Origin: Candidatus Bathyarchaeota archaeon
Lineage (GTDB): Archaea; Thermoproteota; Bathyarchaeia; Bathyarchaeales; Bathycorpusculaceae
Assembly (NCBI GenBank): GCA_963705145.1
Contig: CAVPJA010000004.1
Location: 43,810-107,809 of the forward strand
Reading direction: 5' to 3'
DNA length: 64,000 nt
Made by a program: the position numbers and the translations under genes. The first letter of the stretch is position 1. Every line of letters starts with the position of its first letter. Below, in pieces: positions 9,175 through 20,028 of this stretch. The notes below the pieces were generated by a model, which worked only from the letters and a program-made list of their open reading frames with translations, was not told where the DNA came from and ran no database searches.

Positions 9175-11091
9175 ATGAAGATCATTTTAAAGTCTGATTT
9201 TCAAGATTTCGTAAACAACCTGATTGAAGATGACTCCTACAACGTAATTGGAGTAAAATCTAGAGGCAACAAATTTGCTTTTTCGCCGTTGCAAACAGCC
9301 GAGGAACTGAGACTCGACTACGACGTAACCCTGCTGCCGCCAAAAAAATATTTCTTCCCACAACGCGAAACCCTATTCACCTATGATTTGGCAGGCGGTT
9401 TCTCTGCCAAAAAACCCGAGGAAGCAAAACCCCTGGTGATAATAGGCGTACACCCCTACGACATTGTTGCGTTGCTTCACATGGACGAGATTTTTAGGGA
9501 AACAAAATCAGACCCATACTACTTCAAGAAACGTGAATCATCGGTGATAATTGGAGTCAACATCCAGAAATTGTCTAAATGGAACTTCTCTTCATACATG
9601 GGGGCTTCCACAGTTGACTACGGCTTCGATCTTATGTTAACCGATTTAGGCAATAGATACATTATCACAGTTGGATCCCAAAAAGGCGAAGAATTACTAT
9701 CCAAATACGCAAAAAACATTACAACCGCATTGGCTCGTGATATTCAAGTTGCTGGACAGAAAAAAAGAGAAATCATGAACATCTCACAGCAAAACTTCGA
9801 CTTTTCTCCAGAATTGATCCCTGACTTGCTAAAGGACAGCTACGTAAAAAGTGGCTTTTGGGAAAAACACTCTGAGAAATGTTTAGCTTGCGGCTCATGT
9901 GTGTTAGTTTGCCCGACATGTTACTGTTTTGACGTTAAAGATAACCCTGACCTTACCTTGGAGGCAGGTGAAAGAATCAGAACTTGGGATGGCTGTCTAT
10001 TAGAGGATTTTGCCAAGATTGCCTCAGGCGAGAACTTCCGTGCCACCAGACCAACGAGGTATCGTCACCGTTACTTCAAAAAAGGAAAATACCTCTATGA
10101 CCGTTTCGGTTTTGTCTCTTGTGTTGGTTGCGGCAGATGCTCGTCAAATTGTTTACCAAACATAGCCAACCCCGTCGACCTATTCAACGACATGTATCAT
10201 GAAATGCAAAGCAATGGTAGCCAAATAAAAGCTTCTACTGCGCCTGACATCTCCATTCAAACTGAAGGAAACATCAACTTCGTACCTAAACTAGCAACAA
10301 TAGTAAAAAAGACCCCGATGACAGCCCTTGAAACACTCTTTGAGATAAAATTAGACGATGACTCAGAGCTTAGCCATAAACCGGGCCAGTTTGTCGAAGT
10401 CTCAGCATTCGGTATTGGTGAAGCACCAATATCCCTGTCTTCCTCGCCTACAAAGAAGGGCACGTTTGAAATCTGCGTTCGTAAGCTAGGAAACGTCACG
10501 ACCAGATTGCACAAACTAAACCAGGGAGAAAAAGTGGGAATCCGAGGACCATTCGGAAACGGTTTTGACGTTGATTCTCTGAAGAACAAAGATCTTTTGT
10601 TCATTGCAGGCGGCTTGGGAATCGCACCTCTTAGGTCACTGTTCAATTATGTGCTTGATAATCGGAAGGATTACGGACGGGTCATTCTGCTTTACGGCTG
10701 CAAAGAACCAAAGGAGTTGCTTTTCGGTGAAGAAATCGCTGCGTTGGCTCTAAGAGACGATGTTGAATTGAAAGCAACTGTCAACTGGTGCCCTGAAAAC
10801 GAAGTTTGGAGTAGCAACATTGGTGTAATCACAACTCTTATTCCACAGGTGTCCTTTGACCCAGAACATACCCTTGCCATACTATGTGGGCCTCCAGTTA
10901 TGTACAAATTTGTAATCGCTGACCTCAAAGCCAAAAAGGTGCCAGATGACCACATAATAATGTCGCTTGAACGCAGAATGAAATGTGGGGTAGGAAAATG
11001 TGGTCACTGCCAAATCAACCATATTTACGTTTGCAAGGATGGGCCTGTGTTTAATTACGCAAAAGTAAAGGGTATACCGGAGGCGTTATAA
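9175..11091 (+). CDS. Group 3b sulfhydrogenase fused beta (4Fe-4S, AsrA-like) and gamma (FAD/NAD(P), 2Fe-2S, AsrB-like) subunit
   Basis: CLACGSCVLVCPTCYC and CVGCGRCSSNC, then KPGQF, GPFGNGF, AGGLGIAP, CGPPVM, CGVGKCGHC in one frame; GAGGAG SD before ATG 9175. Confidence 0.9.
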   Translation: MKIILKSDFQDFVNNLIEDDSYNVIGVKSRGNKFAFSPLQTAEELRLDYDVTLLPPKKYFFPQRETLFTYDLAGGFSAKKPEEAKPLVIIGVHPYDIVALLHMDEIFRETKSDPYYFKKRESSVIIGVNIQKLSKWNFSSYMGASTVDYGFDLMLTDLGNRYIITVGSQKGEELLSKYAKNITTALARDIQVAGQKKREIMNISQQNFDFSPELIPDLLKDSYVKSGFWEKHSEKCLACGSCVLVCPTCYCFDVKDNPDLTLEAGERIRTWDGCLLEDFAKIASGENFRATRPTRYRHRYFKKGKYLYDRFGFVSCVGCGRCSSNCLPNIANPVDLFNDMYHEMQSNGSQIKASTAPDISIQTEGNINFVPKLATIVKKTPMTALETLFEIKLDDDSELSHKPGQFVEVSAFGIGEAPISLSSSPTKKGTFEICVRKLGNVTTRLHKLNQGEKVGIRGPFGNGFDVDSLKNKDLLFIAGGLGIAPLRSLFNYVLDNRKDYGRVILLYGCKEPKELLFGEEIAALALRDDVELKATVNWCPENEVWSSNIGVITTLIPQVSFDPEHTLAILCGPPVMYKFVIADLKAKKVPDDHIIMSLERRMKCGVGKCGHCQINHIYVCKDGPVFNYAKVKGIPEAL

Positions 11092-11829
11092 ATGAAACCT
11101 AAAGTCGCATTTTTTGATTTTGCTGGCTGTGAAGGAGACCAACTGCAAATTGCAAACCTCGAAGAGGACCTTCTGGCTCTTCTTGGACAAGTTGAAATTG
11201 TCACTTTCAGAGAAGTCATGAAAGAACAAAGCGACAACTACGATATCGCATTCGTTGAAGGCTCATGTACAAGACTGCAAGATGAAGACAGGCTAAAGCA
11301 AATCAGAAAGAATGCTAAAATTGTGGTGGCAATTGGCTCATGTGCTGCAATTGGTGGCATTAATTCCCTTAGAAACTATAAGGATTTAGACGTTGTCAAA
11401 AAGATGGTTTATGGCGAAGACGCTAGGCTTTTTGATTCCTATGCCGCAAGACCAATTGACGCCGTTATCCCCGTTGACGCATACGTTTATGGCTGCCCAA
11501 TCGACCGTGAAGATTTCCTACATGTTGTTAAATCGCTTCTAATGGGGAAGAAACCTGAAACACCTACTTATCCCGTGTGCGTTGAATGCAAGAAAAACGA
11601 AAATGTCTGCGCTTTTGAACGCGACCAATTCTGTGTAGGGACAGTTACCAGGGCTGGCTGCAATTCGTGTTGTGTTAATGAAGGAACAATTTGCTGGGGT
11701 TGCCGGGGTTTAATCGATAACCCCAACGAGAACTCTGAGAAAGAAGTTCTTATAAAATACGGCTTAACGGTTGACGATGCGATAAGCAAGTTTAGGCTAT
11801 ATTATGGTTGGCAGGAGGCAAAAAGATGA
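11092..11829 (+). CDS. hydD: Group 3b [NiFe] hydrogenase small (delta) subunit
   Basis: GCEGDQ, VEGS, GSCA, GCP, VCVEC...CVGTVTRAGC...CWGCRG. Confidence 0.88.
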   Translation: MKPKVAFFDFAGCEGDQLQIANLEEDLLALLGQVEIVTFREVMKEQSDNYDIAFVEGSCTRLQDEDRLKQIRKNAKIVVAIGSCAAIGGINSLRNYKDLDVVKKMVYGEDARLFDSYAARPIDAVIPVDAYVYGCPIDREDFLHVVKSLLMGKKPETPTYPVCVECKKNENVCAFERDQFCVGTVTRAGCNSCCVNEGTICWGCRGLIDNPNENSEKEVLIKYGLTVDDAISKFRLYYGWQEAKR

Positions 11830-13139
11830 GTGAACAAAAAAATGTTGACATAAATGTTCATCACATAACAAGGGTTGAAGGACATGGAAACATCAATGTA
11901 TCCATAAGGAATGGCGCCATAGAAAAGTGCGAATGGAGTATCCCTGAAGCGCCAAGGTTCTTCGAAGCGATGGTTGTAGGAAGATCCTGGAGCGAGCTGC
12001 ACCACATTACCTCGCGTATATGCGGTATATGCTCAATTGGTCATACGCTTGCTTCGTTGAAAGCAACAGAAGCTGCAATGGGAATACAGATAAGTGAACA
12101 AGACCTAAAACTGCGCAAGCTTGCGCTGCACGCTGAAACCCTTCAAAGCCACATTCTTCATCTGGGTTTTCTGGTTCTTCCTGATTTGATGGGTGTAGGC
12201 TCGGTTATTCCCCTGGCCTCAACAAACCTTGCGGAAGTAAAAATTGTTCTGCAACTTCACCGAACTGCAAACGAAATGTCAAACTTGCTGTGCGGCCGAA
12301 CAACTCACCCCCAACGACTAATTCCCGGCGGTTTCTCCAAAATCCCCTCGATTAAAGAATTGATTACTTTGCGAACGAAGCTGCAGGATTCGATTCCTAA
12401 TCTTCAAGCCGTTGCTGGACTGTTTAAGAGTTTAGCAGGCAACTTCCCAACCTTCGAACGGGAAACAGAATTTATTGCTCTTTCAGACCAAAGTGAATAC
12501 GCCTTCTACGATGGGCAGTTAGCATCTACAGACACCGGCACAGCGCCAGTAAATGAGTACCTAAACTTCACAAATGAATACGTGATTCCACAATCGACCG
12601 CTAAATGGGCAAAACACAACCGCGAATCATACATGGTTGGCGCACTGGCTCGTCTTAACCTCAACTACAGAAGACTATCGCCTATGGCTAAGAAAACGGC
12701 AGAAATGTTCAACCTAAAACCAACCTGTCACAATCCATTCATGAATAACATCGCTCAACTCGTAGAGGTAGTCCACAGTGTGGAAGATTCAGTGCGGTTA
12801 ATCAATGATCTTGAGGCAGCGGGACTTAAAGGTCAACCAGACTACAACAATCCAAGCATCAAAGTTAAAGCAGGAAAAGGCGTTGGCGCAGTCGAAGTAC
12901 CAAGAGGCATATTATTCCATGATTACAGCTACAACGACGCAGGGTTATGCACCAAAGCAAACTATATCATTCCCACCAACCAGAACCACGGCAACATCTC
13001 CCTGGACATGAAAGCGTTGGTGCCACAGGTTTTAAATAAACAACAAAAAGAAATTGAACTTGCTTTAGAAATGCTTGTGCGCGCTTATGACCCATGTATC
13101 TCTTGCTCAACACACGTCGTCAAAGTTGACTTGACCTAA
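11826..13139 (+). CDS. hydA: Group 3b [NiFe] hydrogenase large (alpha) subunit
   Basis: RVEGHG, SRICGIC, EVPRG, DPCISCSTH plus a short C-terminal extension. Confidence 0.92.
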   Translation: MSEQKNVDINVHHITRVEGHGNINVSIRNGAIEKCEWSIPEAPRFFEAMVVGRSWSELHHITSRICGICSIGHTLASLKATEAAMGIQISEQDLKLRKLALHAETLQSHILHLGFLVLPDLMGVGSVIPLASTNLAEVKIVLQLHRTANEMSNLLCGRTTHPQRLIPGGFSKIPSIKELITLRTKLQDSIPNLQAVAGLFKSLAGNFPTFERETEFIALSDQSEYAFYDGQLASTDTGTAPVNEYLNFTNEYVIPQSTAKWAKHNRESYMVGALARLNLNYRRLSPMAKKTAEMFNLKPTCHNPFMNNIAQLVEVVHSVEDSVRLINDLEAAGLKGQPDYNNPSIKVKAGKGVGAVEVPRGILFHDYSYNDAGLCTKANYIIPTNQNHGNISLDMKALVPQVLNKQQKEIELALEMLVRAYDPCISCSTHVVKVDLT

Positions 13140-13188
13140 ACTTGTTTCTCTAAAATCTCCAATTAGCGAGTAGGGAATCAAATACACT

Positions 13189-15847
13189 ATGGGAAATCTT
13201 AAAGGATTTTTCAGCCCCAAAGCCATCGCTATTATAGGGGCAAGCGAACGAGTTGACTCCATAGGAAATCGAATCTTGCATAACCTAGTCGGGAGTTATC
13301 AGGGAAAAATTTTTCCTGTCAACTCCTTCAGGCAAAAAGTGCAGGGACTTACAGCTTATCCAAGCATAGATCGAGTACCCTCCAAAGTAGACCTTGCAAT
13401 CATATCGACCCCTGCCCACACGGTTCCCCAGATTGTGGAAGAATGCGGAATGGCAGGCGTTTTGAATGCTGTGATTGTTTCCGCTGGTTTTCGCGAATGC
13501 GACACAGTCGGCAAAGAGCTTTCACGGAGAATTCTTGACTGCAAAAAAACCTTCGGAATGCGGATAATAGGACCCAACAGTTTTGGAATCATACGCCCAA
13601 ATTTAAATCTATACGCAACCTTTGCAGAAAAAAAAGCAGTTCCAGGAAAAATAGCCTTCATATCCCAGAGCGGAGCATTCTGCGGATCAGCGCTGGACTG
13701 GTCTTTGGAAACTCAGGTTGGGCTTAGCGCTGTTGTCTCGATGGGTCAGACTATCGATGTTGACCTCGGCGATTTGATAGAGTATTTCGGCAATGACCCT
13801 CAAACCCGCATAATAATGGTCTACGCTGAATCTATAAAAAACGCAAGAACCTTCATGAGTGCCGCTAGAGGCTATGCAAAAACCAAACCCATTATCATAG
13901 TTAAACCCAGCAGAACCGATGAAAATCAAAATTTTACGGTTTCAGATACACGTCTACTCAAAGAAGCCATTCATGATGCCGCATTTAGAAGAAGCGGCGT
14001 TGTTCGAGTTGAGACTATTAACGGGCTTTTTGATTGCGCTAAAACATTGTTAATGCAACCAAACCCAACTGTTCCTCACTTGACCATAATAACAAATGCA
14101 GGTGGTCCAGCATTAATGGCTTTGGACCAGATAAACAGGCGAGGTGGCAAACTCGCAGAAATAAGCGATGCAACTGTTCAAGCTCTAAAAGACATTTTAC
14201 CCTACTACTGCAACTTAACCAACCCCATTGACCTTCTAGAAGAGGCAACTCCTGAAAGATACCGAAAGGTCATACAAACCTGTATAGACGATAACGCAAG
14301 TAACAGTCTCCTTGTGATTTATACACCCACAGGCTTAACCAGCCCCAGTAGTATAGCCGATTTAATCGTTGAATCTGTTAAACAAACGAGAAAAAACATG
14401 CTCGTTTGCCTAATGGGCGAAGACCCTCAATGCCAAGAAGCAAGAAGAACGCTTCATAGAAACGGCGTTCCAACCTTCAAAAATCCTCAAGAAGCAGTAA
14501 GAACATTTATGAACATCTTCGTTCGCACCCAAAACTTAGAGTTGCTTTATCAAACCCCCGAAGAGATCCCTATAGACAAAACTTTGCCAAAATATCTCAT
14601 AGGTGTTTTACGTCGTGCGTTTAGTGAGGGGAGAGAAATGCTAAATTTACAAGAATCTTTCCAACTCCTAGAAGCATACAAGATTCCCACTGTGAAAACT
14701 CTTTTCGCTAAGACCGCTGAAGAATCCTCTGCTTTTGCATATCAGCTTGGTTACCCTATTATGATGAAAACCCTAAGTCCTCAGAATGGTCAGAAAAGCG
14801 AAATTCAAAGTTCTGTCTTTGATGTTTTTTCTCCCGATCAACTTCGCTTTCAATTCAATCAACTATTTAACAAGAATGATGCTTCCGGCGAAGTAGACGA
14901 GTTCCAAGGAGTAGCAATTCAGCCAAAAGTGCTCAATATTTCCTGCCGACTATTTTCTAGGGTCACGAAAAGACCCACAGTTTGGTTCAATAATATGTTT
15001 GGGAACAGGAGGCACTTTAGTTGAAAAAGATAGGGAGCTAAGTGTTGGGTTTCCCCCGTTAAATCAGGTTCTTGCCCGTCAAATCATGGAAAACACCAAA
15101 GCGCTACAATACTGCAAAGACGCATGCACAGACAAGTTTGAAACTGGGCCAATCGAAGAAATAATAATTAAGTTCTCTCAGCTTGTTGTTGATTTTCCTG
15201 AGATAAGAAAAATCGACATTAACCCCATCATTGTAAAAGACGGCAAGGCCTACGTGGGTGATACTGAAATAGTCCTAGACTTGACGCGGTTTTTACGTCA
15301 AGGTGATGAACACCACGAAAATCTGGTGATCGCACCTTACCCGAAAAAATACATTACACAGCGAACCCTGAAAAATGGTGTGAGAGTGACTCTTCGACCA
15401 ATCAAGCCCGAGGATGAAAACCGCTTCAATGATCTTTTCAAATCACTATCTGCCCAGAGTGTGCGGTTTAGGTTCTTTGAGACCATAAAAGAGATGTCGC
15501 ATGACACACTGTCTAGGTACTGCAATCTTGATTATGACCGAGAAATCGCCATTGTTGCCCAACTGGACGACAGTAGACTTATTGGAGTTGTTAGGTTAAT
15601 TCTTGACGCGGAAGCAAAGAAGGGGGAATTCGCGGTCATGGTTACCGATTCTTGGCACGGCCTAGGACTGGGATCAAAAATGATGGACTACATCATTGAC
15701 ATAGGCAGAGATCTAAAACTCGATACCATTTATAGTGACGTGAGCCCTGAAAATACCAAGATGCTAAACCTTTGCGGTAAAAAAGGGTTTACGACTAAAT
15801 CAGCAGACGAATATTCGGTGTTTTTGTCTCTGGTGCTGCCGCATTAG
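13189..15847 (+). CDS. NDP-forming acyl-CoA synthetase-like/GNAT fusion (Pat/PatZ-type protein acetyltransferase); frameshift at the T4 run 14953-14956
   Basis: CoA-binding GAS...IIGPN, SQSG, TNAGG, NPIDL, then an ATP-grasp part and a GNAT domain (RPIKPED, DYDRE, GLGLG). Deleting one T restores LFLGSRKDPQFGS. Confidence 0.85.
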
Positions 15848-16158
15848 AGGTTGAGGTCGTTTAAGAACTTCCAGAACTCCTCGATACACCTGACAATTCT
15901 TAGTTCCAGAAAATTGCAGTCGAAATTGAATTCTGAATTGACAGGGTTTTTGAAGAAGCCAATTGTGTGTGGGTACCCGTTTTCAAACATTGGGCTGTCC
16001 ACGATGTCTGCTATGAGTACATCCTTGCTCTGTTTGTTTTTTCGGTCTATGAAATGTACGGAATAGAAAAGGTATTTTCTTCCCTCATTTCCCGAACAGG
16101 GAAAGCTAACTATCCAGTCCATTTCTTGTAAATAAAATTTTTTCGTATTTGTTTCCAT
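15844..16158 (-). CDS. Hypothetical protein (104 aa)
   Basis: ATG-started ORF, protein-like, AT-rich promoter-like region upstream. Confidence 0.6.
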   Translation of the reverse strand: METNTKKFYLQEMDWIVSFPCSGNEGRKYLFYSVHFIDRKNKQSKDVLIADIVDSPMFENGYPHTIGFFKNPVNSEFNFDCNFLELRIVRCIEEFWKFLNDLNL

Positions 16159-16232
16159 AGAACCAACCGTTTATTGAATTAGTTTGAATGTAATAAATAA
16201 ATTTTAGGAAATATGCAAAGTTGGGGTTGAGC

Positions 16233-17642
16233 TTAATTTTTGTCCAGATTGAACTCTTCGTGAATAGCCCGAACCACAGCTACTCCGTCTTTCTCTTTAA
16301 CTACAAATGATATGTTGAGTTCAGAACTGCCCTGTGCAATCATACGGATGTTTATACCTTTCTCTGCAACAGTGCTGAAAATTCTTGATGCAACACCCAA
16401 TGTACCCTTCATATTTGCGCCCATAACTGCTATGACTGCGACGTCGTCTTCTGCGGTGACTTCACTCACTACTCCGCCTCGCTCTAAAAGTGCAATTTCC
16501 AGGTTACTGATGGCTCGACCCAGAAGTGCCCGTTTGATTATCATTGAAATGTTGGCTTCGGAGACTGCGGTAGATATCATCATTACGTTGATTCCGTTTT
16601 TGCCTAGTACATCGAAGACTTTGGCGTAGCTGCCTGGTGCTCCGACCATTGCTGCTCCGTTTACATTGAGCATGGCAACGTCTTTTATCATGGCTACTGC
16701 TTTAACGGGTTTGGTTTCATTGGTGGTCGGTTCATTGGTTATGATTGTGCCCATGTTTTCTGGGTGGGCTGTGTTTCGGATTCGAACTGGAATGTTTTCT
16801 TTGATGACTGGTCCTAGTGCTCGTGGGTGCATGGCTTTGGCGCCGAAAATCGCCATTTCAGCTGCTTCCTGATAACTCAGCTGAGGCAGCATCCTTGCAG
16901 CTGGAACGATTTTAGGGTCGGAGGTCATTATTCCGTCAACATCGGTCCATATCCAGACCTCATCAACCTGCAATGCTACACCAAGTATTGTTGCAGTGTA
17001 GTCTGACCCACCTCGGCCAACAGTTGTCACTATGCCATCTTGATTGGCGGCAATAAACCCTGTAACTACCGGAATTGTGCCTTTTTCAAACAGTGGTCCG
17101 ATTCTTTCACGGATAAGGTGTGTGGTATAATTCATAAGTGGGTCAGCTTCACCAAAATTCGAATCCGTAACTATGCCTGCTTCTTTGCCTGTGAAGCATT
17201 GGGATTCAAATTTATGGTCTCTTATCGCGCCGGAGACTATTGGTGCAGATAAACGTTCTCCAAAAGAAGCAACGTAGTCTTTGGATTTTGGTGTTAGTTC
17301 ACCAACGTAGCATATGCCGGTTAAGACTTTTTCTAGTTCAGAGATTGTTTTTTCTGTGATTTGAATAACTTCTCTTTGGATTTGTTTGCTTGAAATAGCA
17401 GTTGAAATTGCTTCCACATGTTTCTTGAGAAGCTCCTTTGTAAATGAGTCGATTTGTTTATTATCGCTTTTCTTAGCTTGACAAGCAACTTCAAGCAAAC
17501 TGTTAGTGACGCCTGCTAATGCAGAAACGACGACAGCCACTTTGTAATCTTTCTTAGCGTATTGTGTTACTGAATCAGCTACGTGACGTATGTTCTCGCC
17601 CGTGCCTACGCTTGTTCCACCGAACTTCATGACAATCTTCAT
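16233..17642 (-). CDS. lysC: Aspartate kinase
   Basis: KFGGTS, GRGGSDYTA, TDVDG, two ACT domains. Confidence 0.95.
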   Translation of the reverse strand: MKIVMKFGGTSVGTGENIRHVADSVTQYAKKDYKVAVVVSALAGVTNSLLEVACQAKKSDNKQIDSFTKELLKKHVEAISTAISSKQIQREVIQITEKTISELEKVLTGICYVGELTPKSKDYVASFGERLSAPIVSGAIRDHKFESQCFTGKEAGIVTDSNFGEADPLMNYTTHLIRERIGPLFEKGTIPVVTGFIAANQDGIVTTVGRGGSDYTATILGVALQVDEVWIWTDVDGIMTSDPKIVPAARMLPQLSYQEAAEMAIFGAKAMHPRALGPVIKENIPVRIRNTAHPENMGTIITNEPTTNETKPVKAVAMIKDVAMLNVNGAAMVGAPGSYAKVFDVLGKNGINVMMISTAVSEANISMIIKRALLGRAISNLEIALLERGGVVSEVTAEDDVAVIAVMGANMKGTLGVASRIFSTVAEKGINIRMIAQGSSELNISFVVKEKDGVAVVRAIHEEFNLDKN

Positions 17643-17659
17643 TTTTAACAGTCCTTTTC

Positions 17660-18688
17660 TTAGTTTAGTAATCTGGTTGCTAACTTACGTCTTATATCTA
17701 AGAGGTCCCTTAAAACTGCACTGGCAGTTTCGATCCCGCCTGCTCCTCTACCGATGAGTGTTTGTTCTGCTGCATATTCTGTTGAAAAGGTTATGGCGTT
17801 TAAAACTCCGCTGACGCATAAAGGGTTGGTTAATGGTATTTCTGTAGGTTTAACTGTTGCTTTGTTGCTTTCGATTGAACCGATAAGTTTGATGGTGTTA
17901 TTTCTTTTTGCGGCTTCTTCAAGTGTTTGCAGGGTTACATCGCGGATGCCTGTTACGTTTATGTCTTTTAGGGTTATTTTCTTGTTCATTATCCAGTTTG
18001 ATAAAATGACTACTTTACAGGCAGTATCAAACCCATCAATATCCATCGATGGTTCTCTTTCTGCGTAACCAAGGTTCTGTGCATTTGAGAGTGCATCTTG
18101 GAAGGTTACGTGGTTTTGAGACATTTCAGTTAGTATATAGTTTGTTGTGCCGTTCAGTATACCATGTATGGCCAAGATTCTGTCTCCTGCAAGGCATCGT
18201 TTAGCGAACTCTAACATAGGTGTTCCGCCACCGACTGTACCGCTGAACCTAAGGTAAACGTTGTTGTATTCAGCGAGTTCTGTGAGCGCTGGCATCGCCA
18301 AAGCTAATGGTCCTTTGTTGGTTGTGACAACATGTTTGCCTGTTTTGAACGCTTTCGTAATGTGCGATAGGCCCGGTTCGCCAGTTTTGATGTTAACAGG
18401 TGTGACTTCAACAACTACTTCCGCCTCTACTGACTCGATAACATCCAAAGCTGAAATTCCGGGACGACCAAAGTCAGGGTCTTTAGATATTGGATAACCC
18501 CGTTGCTTTATCGCCTCAAGTTTTTCTGGGCTTAAGCCTCTTGGGTTTATTACCGCGCCATCTATATCGGCGATTGCTACGATTTTCGGGTTAAACCCAG
18601 TATCCTTAAGGTTTTCTGAGTATCTGCGGGCAAGAATTGTTGTTACGCCTTTTCCAACTACGCCGTAGCCAACTAAAATAATCCTCAT
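17660..18688 (-). CDS. hom: Homoserine dehydrogenase
   Basis: GYGVVG, TTNKGP, GILNGTTN, GRGAG. Confidence 0.95.
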   Translation of the reverse strand: MRIILVGYGVVGKGVTTILARRYSENLKDTGFNPKIVAIADIDGAVINPRGLSPEKLEAIKQRGYPISKDPDFGRPGISALDVIESVEAEVVVEVTPVNIKTGEPGLSHITKAFKTGKHVVTTNKGPLALAMPALTELAEYNNVYLRFSGTVGGGTPMLEFAKRCLAGDRILAIHGILNGTTNYILTEMSQNHVTFQDALSNAQNLGYAEREPSMDIDGFDTACKVVILSNWIMNKKITLKDINVTGIRDVTLQTLEEAAKRNNTIKLIGSIESNKATVKPTEIPLTNPLCVSGVLNAITFSTEYAAEQTLIGRGAGGIETASAVLRDLLDIRRKLATRLLN

Positions 18689-18695
18689 TATCTAA

Positions 18696-19943
18696 TCACC
18701 GTGCCAGAATTACTTGTTTTTTTAATCCCAACGCATTCTCGATGGCTGAGATGTCCGCATCAACTTCGATTGGTTTCTCACTCATTTTAACTGCTGTGTC
18801 TGGGTCTTTGAGTCCATGTCCAGTTGTAACACATACAACGCGTTCATCTTTACCAATTACACCGCTTTTGACAAGCTTCTTAAGTCCTGCAATTGATGAG
18901 GCGCTCGCTGGTTCTACGAAAATTCCTTCAATCCGCGCCAATATTTTTTGGGCATCCAAGATTTCTTCATCTGTTACAGTTTCAGCAGTTCCCTTGGATT
19001 CACGGATAGCGTTGATGGCTTTTTTCCAGCTTACTGGTGCACCTATGCGAATGGCCGTAGCGACGGTTTCGGGGTTTGCGACTGGAACAATTTTGTCGCT
19101 GTTGTTTTTTATCGCTTGAACGATAGGTGCAGAGCCAGAGGCTTGTATCCCGGTCATTTTTGGAAGTTTTTTTATGTAGCCAAGCTGGTGGAATTCGGTT
19201 AAGCCTTTCCATATGGCGCTTATGTTTCCAGCGTTACCAACTGGCACGATAATTCTGTCGGGAGCATCGTTGTTGAGTTGCTCACAGATCTCGTATCCTA
19301 ATGATTTTTGTCCTTCAATACGGAATGGGTTAATTGAATTCAACAGGTAAATGCTCTTGTGTTTCTCAGCAAGTTTAAGCACGAACTCTAAAGCTTCATC
19401 AAAGTTGCCTTTGACTTGGAGAACTTTGGCGCCGTGAATCATGGCTTGCGAGAGTTTACCATAGGCAATTTTGCCTGAGGGAATCAGGACAGTGCATTTT
19501 ATTCCTGCTCTTGCAGCATAAGCTGCTAAGCTTGCCGATGTGTTGCCTGTGGAAGCGCAGATGACATGTCTTGCGCCCAATTCAACTGCTTTGGTAACTC
19601 CAACGGTCATGCCGCGGTCTTTAAAGCTGCCCGTTGGATTTTCACCTTCATTTTTAACGTAGAGGTTTTTAAGTCCCAACTCGGCGCCTAACCGTACTGA
19701 TCGGTGCAGACCCGTACCGCCTTCGTTTAAAGTTACTATTTTTGCAGATTCGTGGATAGGCATGAAGTCTCGGTAACGCCAAACAGAGAGGGGTTTGCTC
19801 AACCAGTCGCTTTCTTTGAGTGTTTCAACTATCTCTTTGAAATCAAACTTTATCTCCAAGATGTCTCCGCATTTTTTGCAGAAGTAAACAATCTCATCTA
19901 TATCGTAGGTTGTTTTGCAGTTTATGCATTTTTGATGTGTCAT
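18696..19943 (-). CDS. thrC: Threonine synthase (archaeal type, N-terminal Zn ribbon)
   Basis: NPTGSFKDRG PLP lysine, ASTGNT, VGNAGN, EPASA, TGHGLKD. Confidence 0.95.
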   Translation of the reverse strand: MTHQKCINCKTTYDIDEIVYFCKKCGDILEIKFDFKEIVETLKESDWLSKPLSVWRYRDFMPIHESAKIVTLNEGGTGLHRSVRLGAELGLKNLYVKNEGENPTGSFKDRGMTVGVTKAVELGARHVICASTGNTSASLAAYAARAGIKCTVLIPSGKIAYGKLSQAMIHGAKVLQVKGNFDEALEFVLKLAEKHKSIYLLNSINPFRIEGQKSLGYEICEQLNNDAPDRIIVPVGNAGNISAIWKGLTEFHQLGYIKKLPKMTGIQASGSAPIVQAIKNNSDKIVPVANPETVATAIRIGAPVSWKKAINAIRESKGTAETVTDEEILDAQKILARIEGIFVEPASASSIAGLKKLVKSGVIGKDERVVCVTTGHGLKDPDTAVKMSEKPIEVDADISAIENALGLKKQVILAR

Positions 19944-20028
19944 TTATTTAGATCTCCACTTTGGCAGGCGACTAATGCGCTCCTATTTTAATTGTGACAT
20001 TATTAATTTTGCCCTACCTTGCTAAGTA

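Noticed and set aside
19944-20028. Thr-rich leader upstream of thrC (and likewise Leu-rich upstream of leuC, 47278-47376)
   Set aside because: Only a 5-codon ORF without Thr codons before thrC, and none before leuC.
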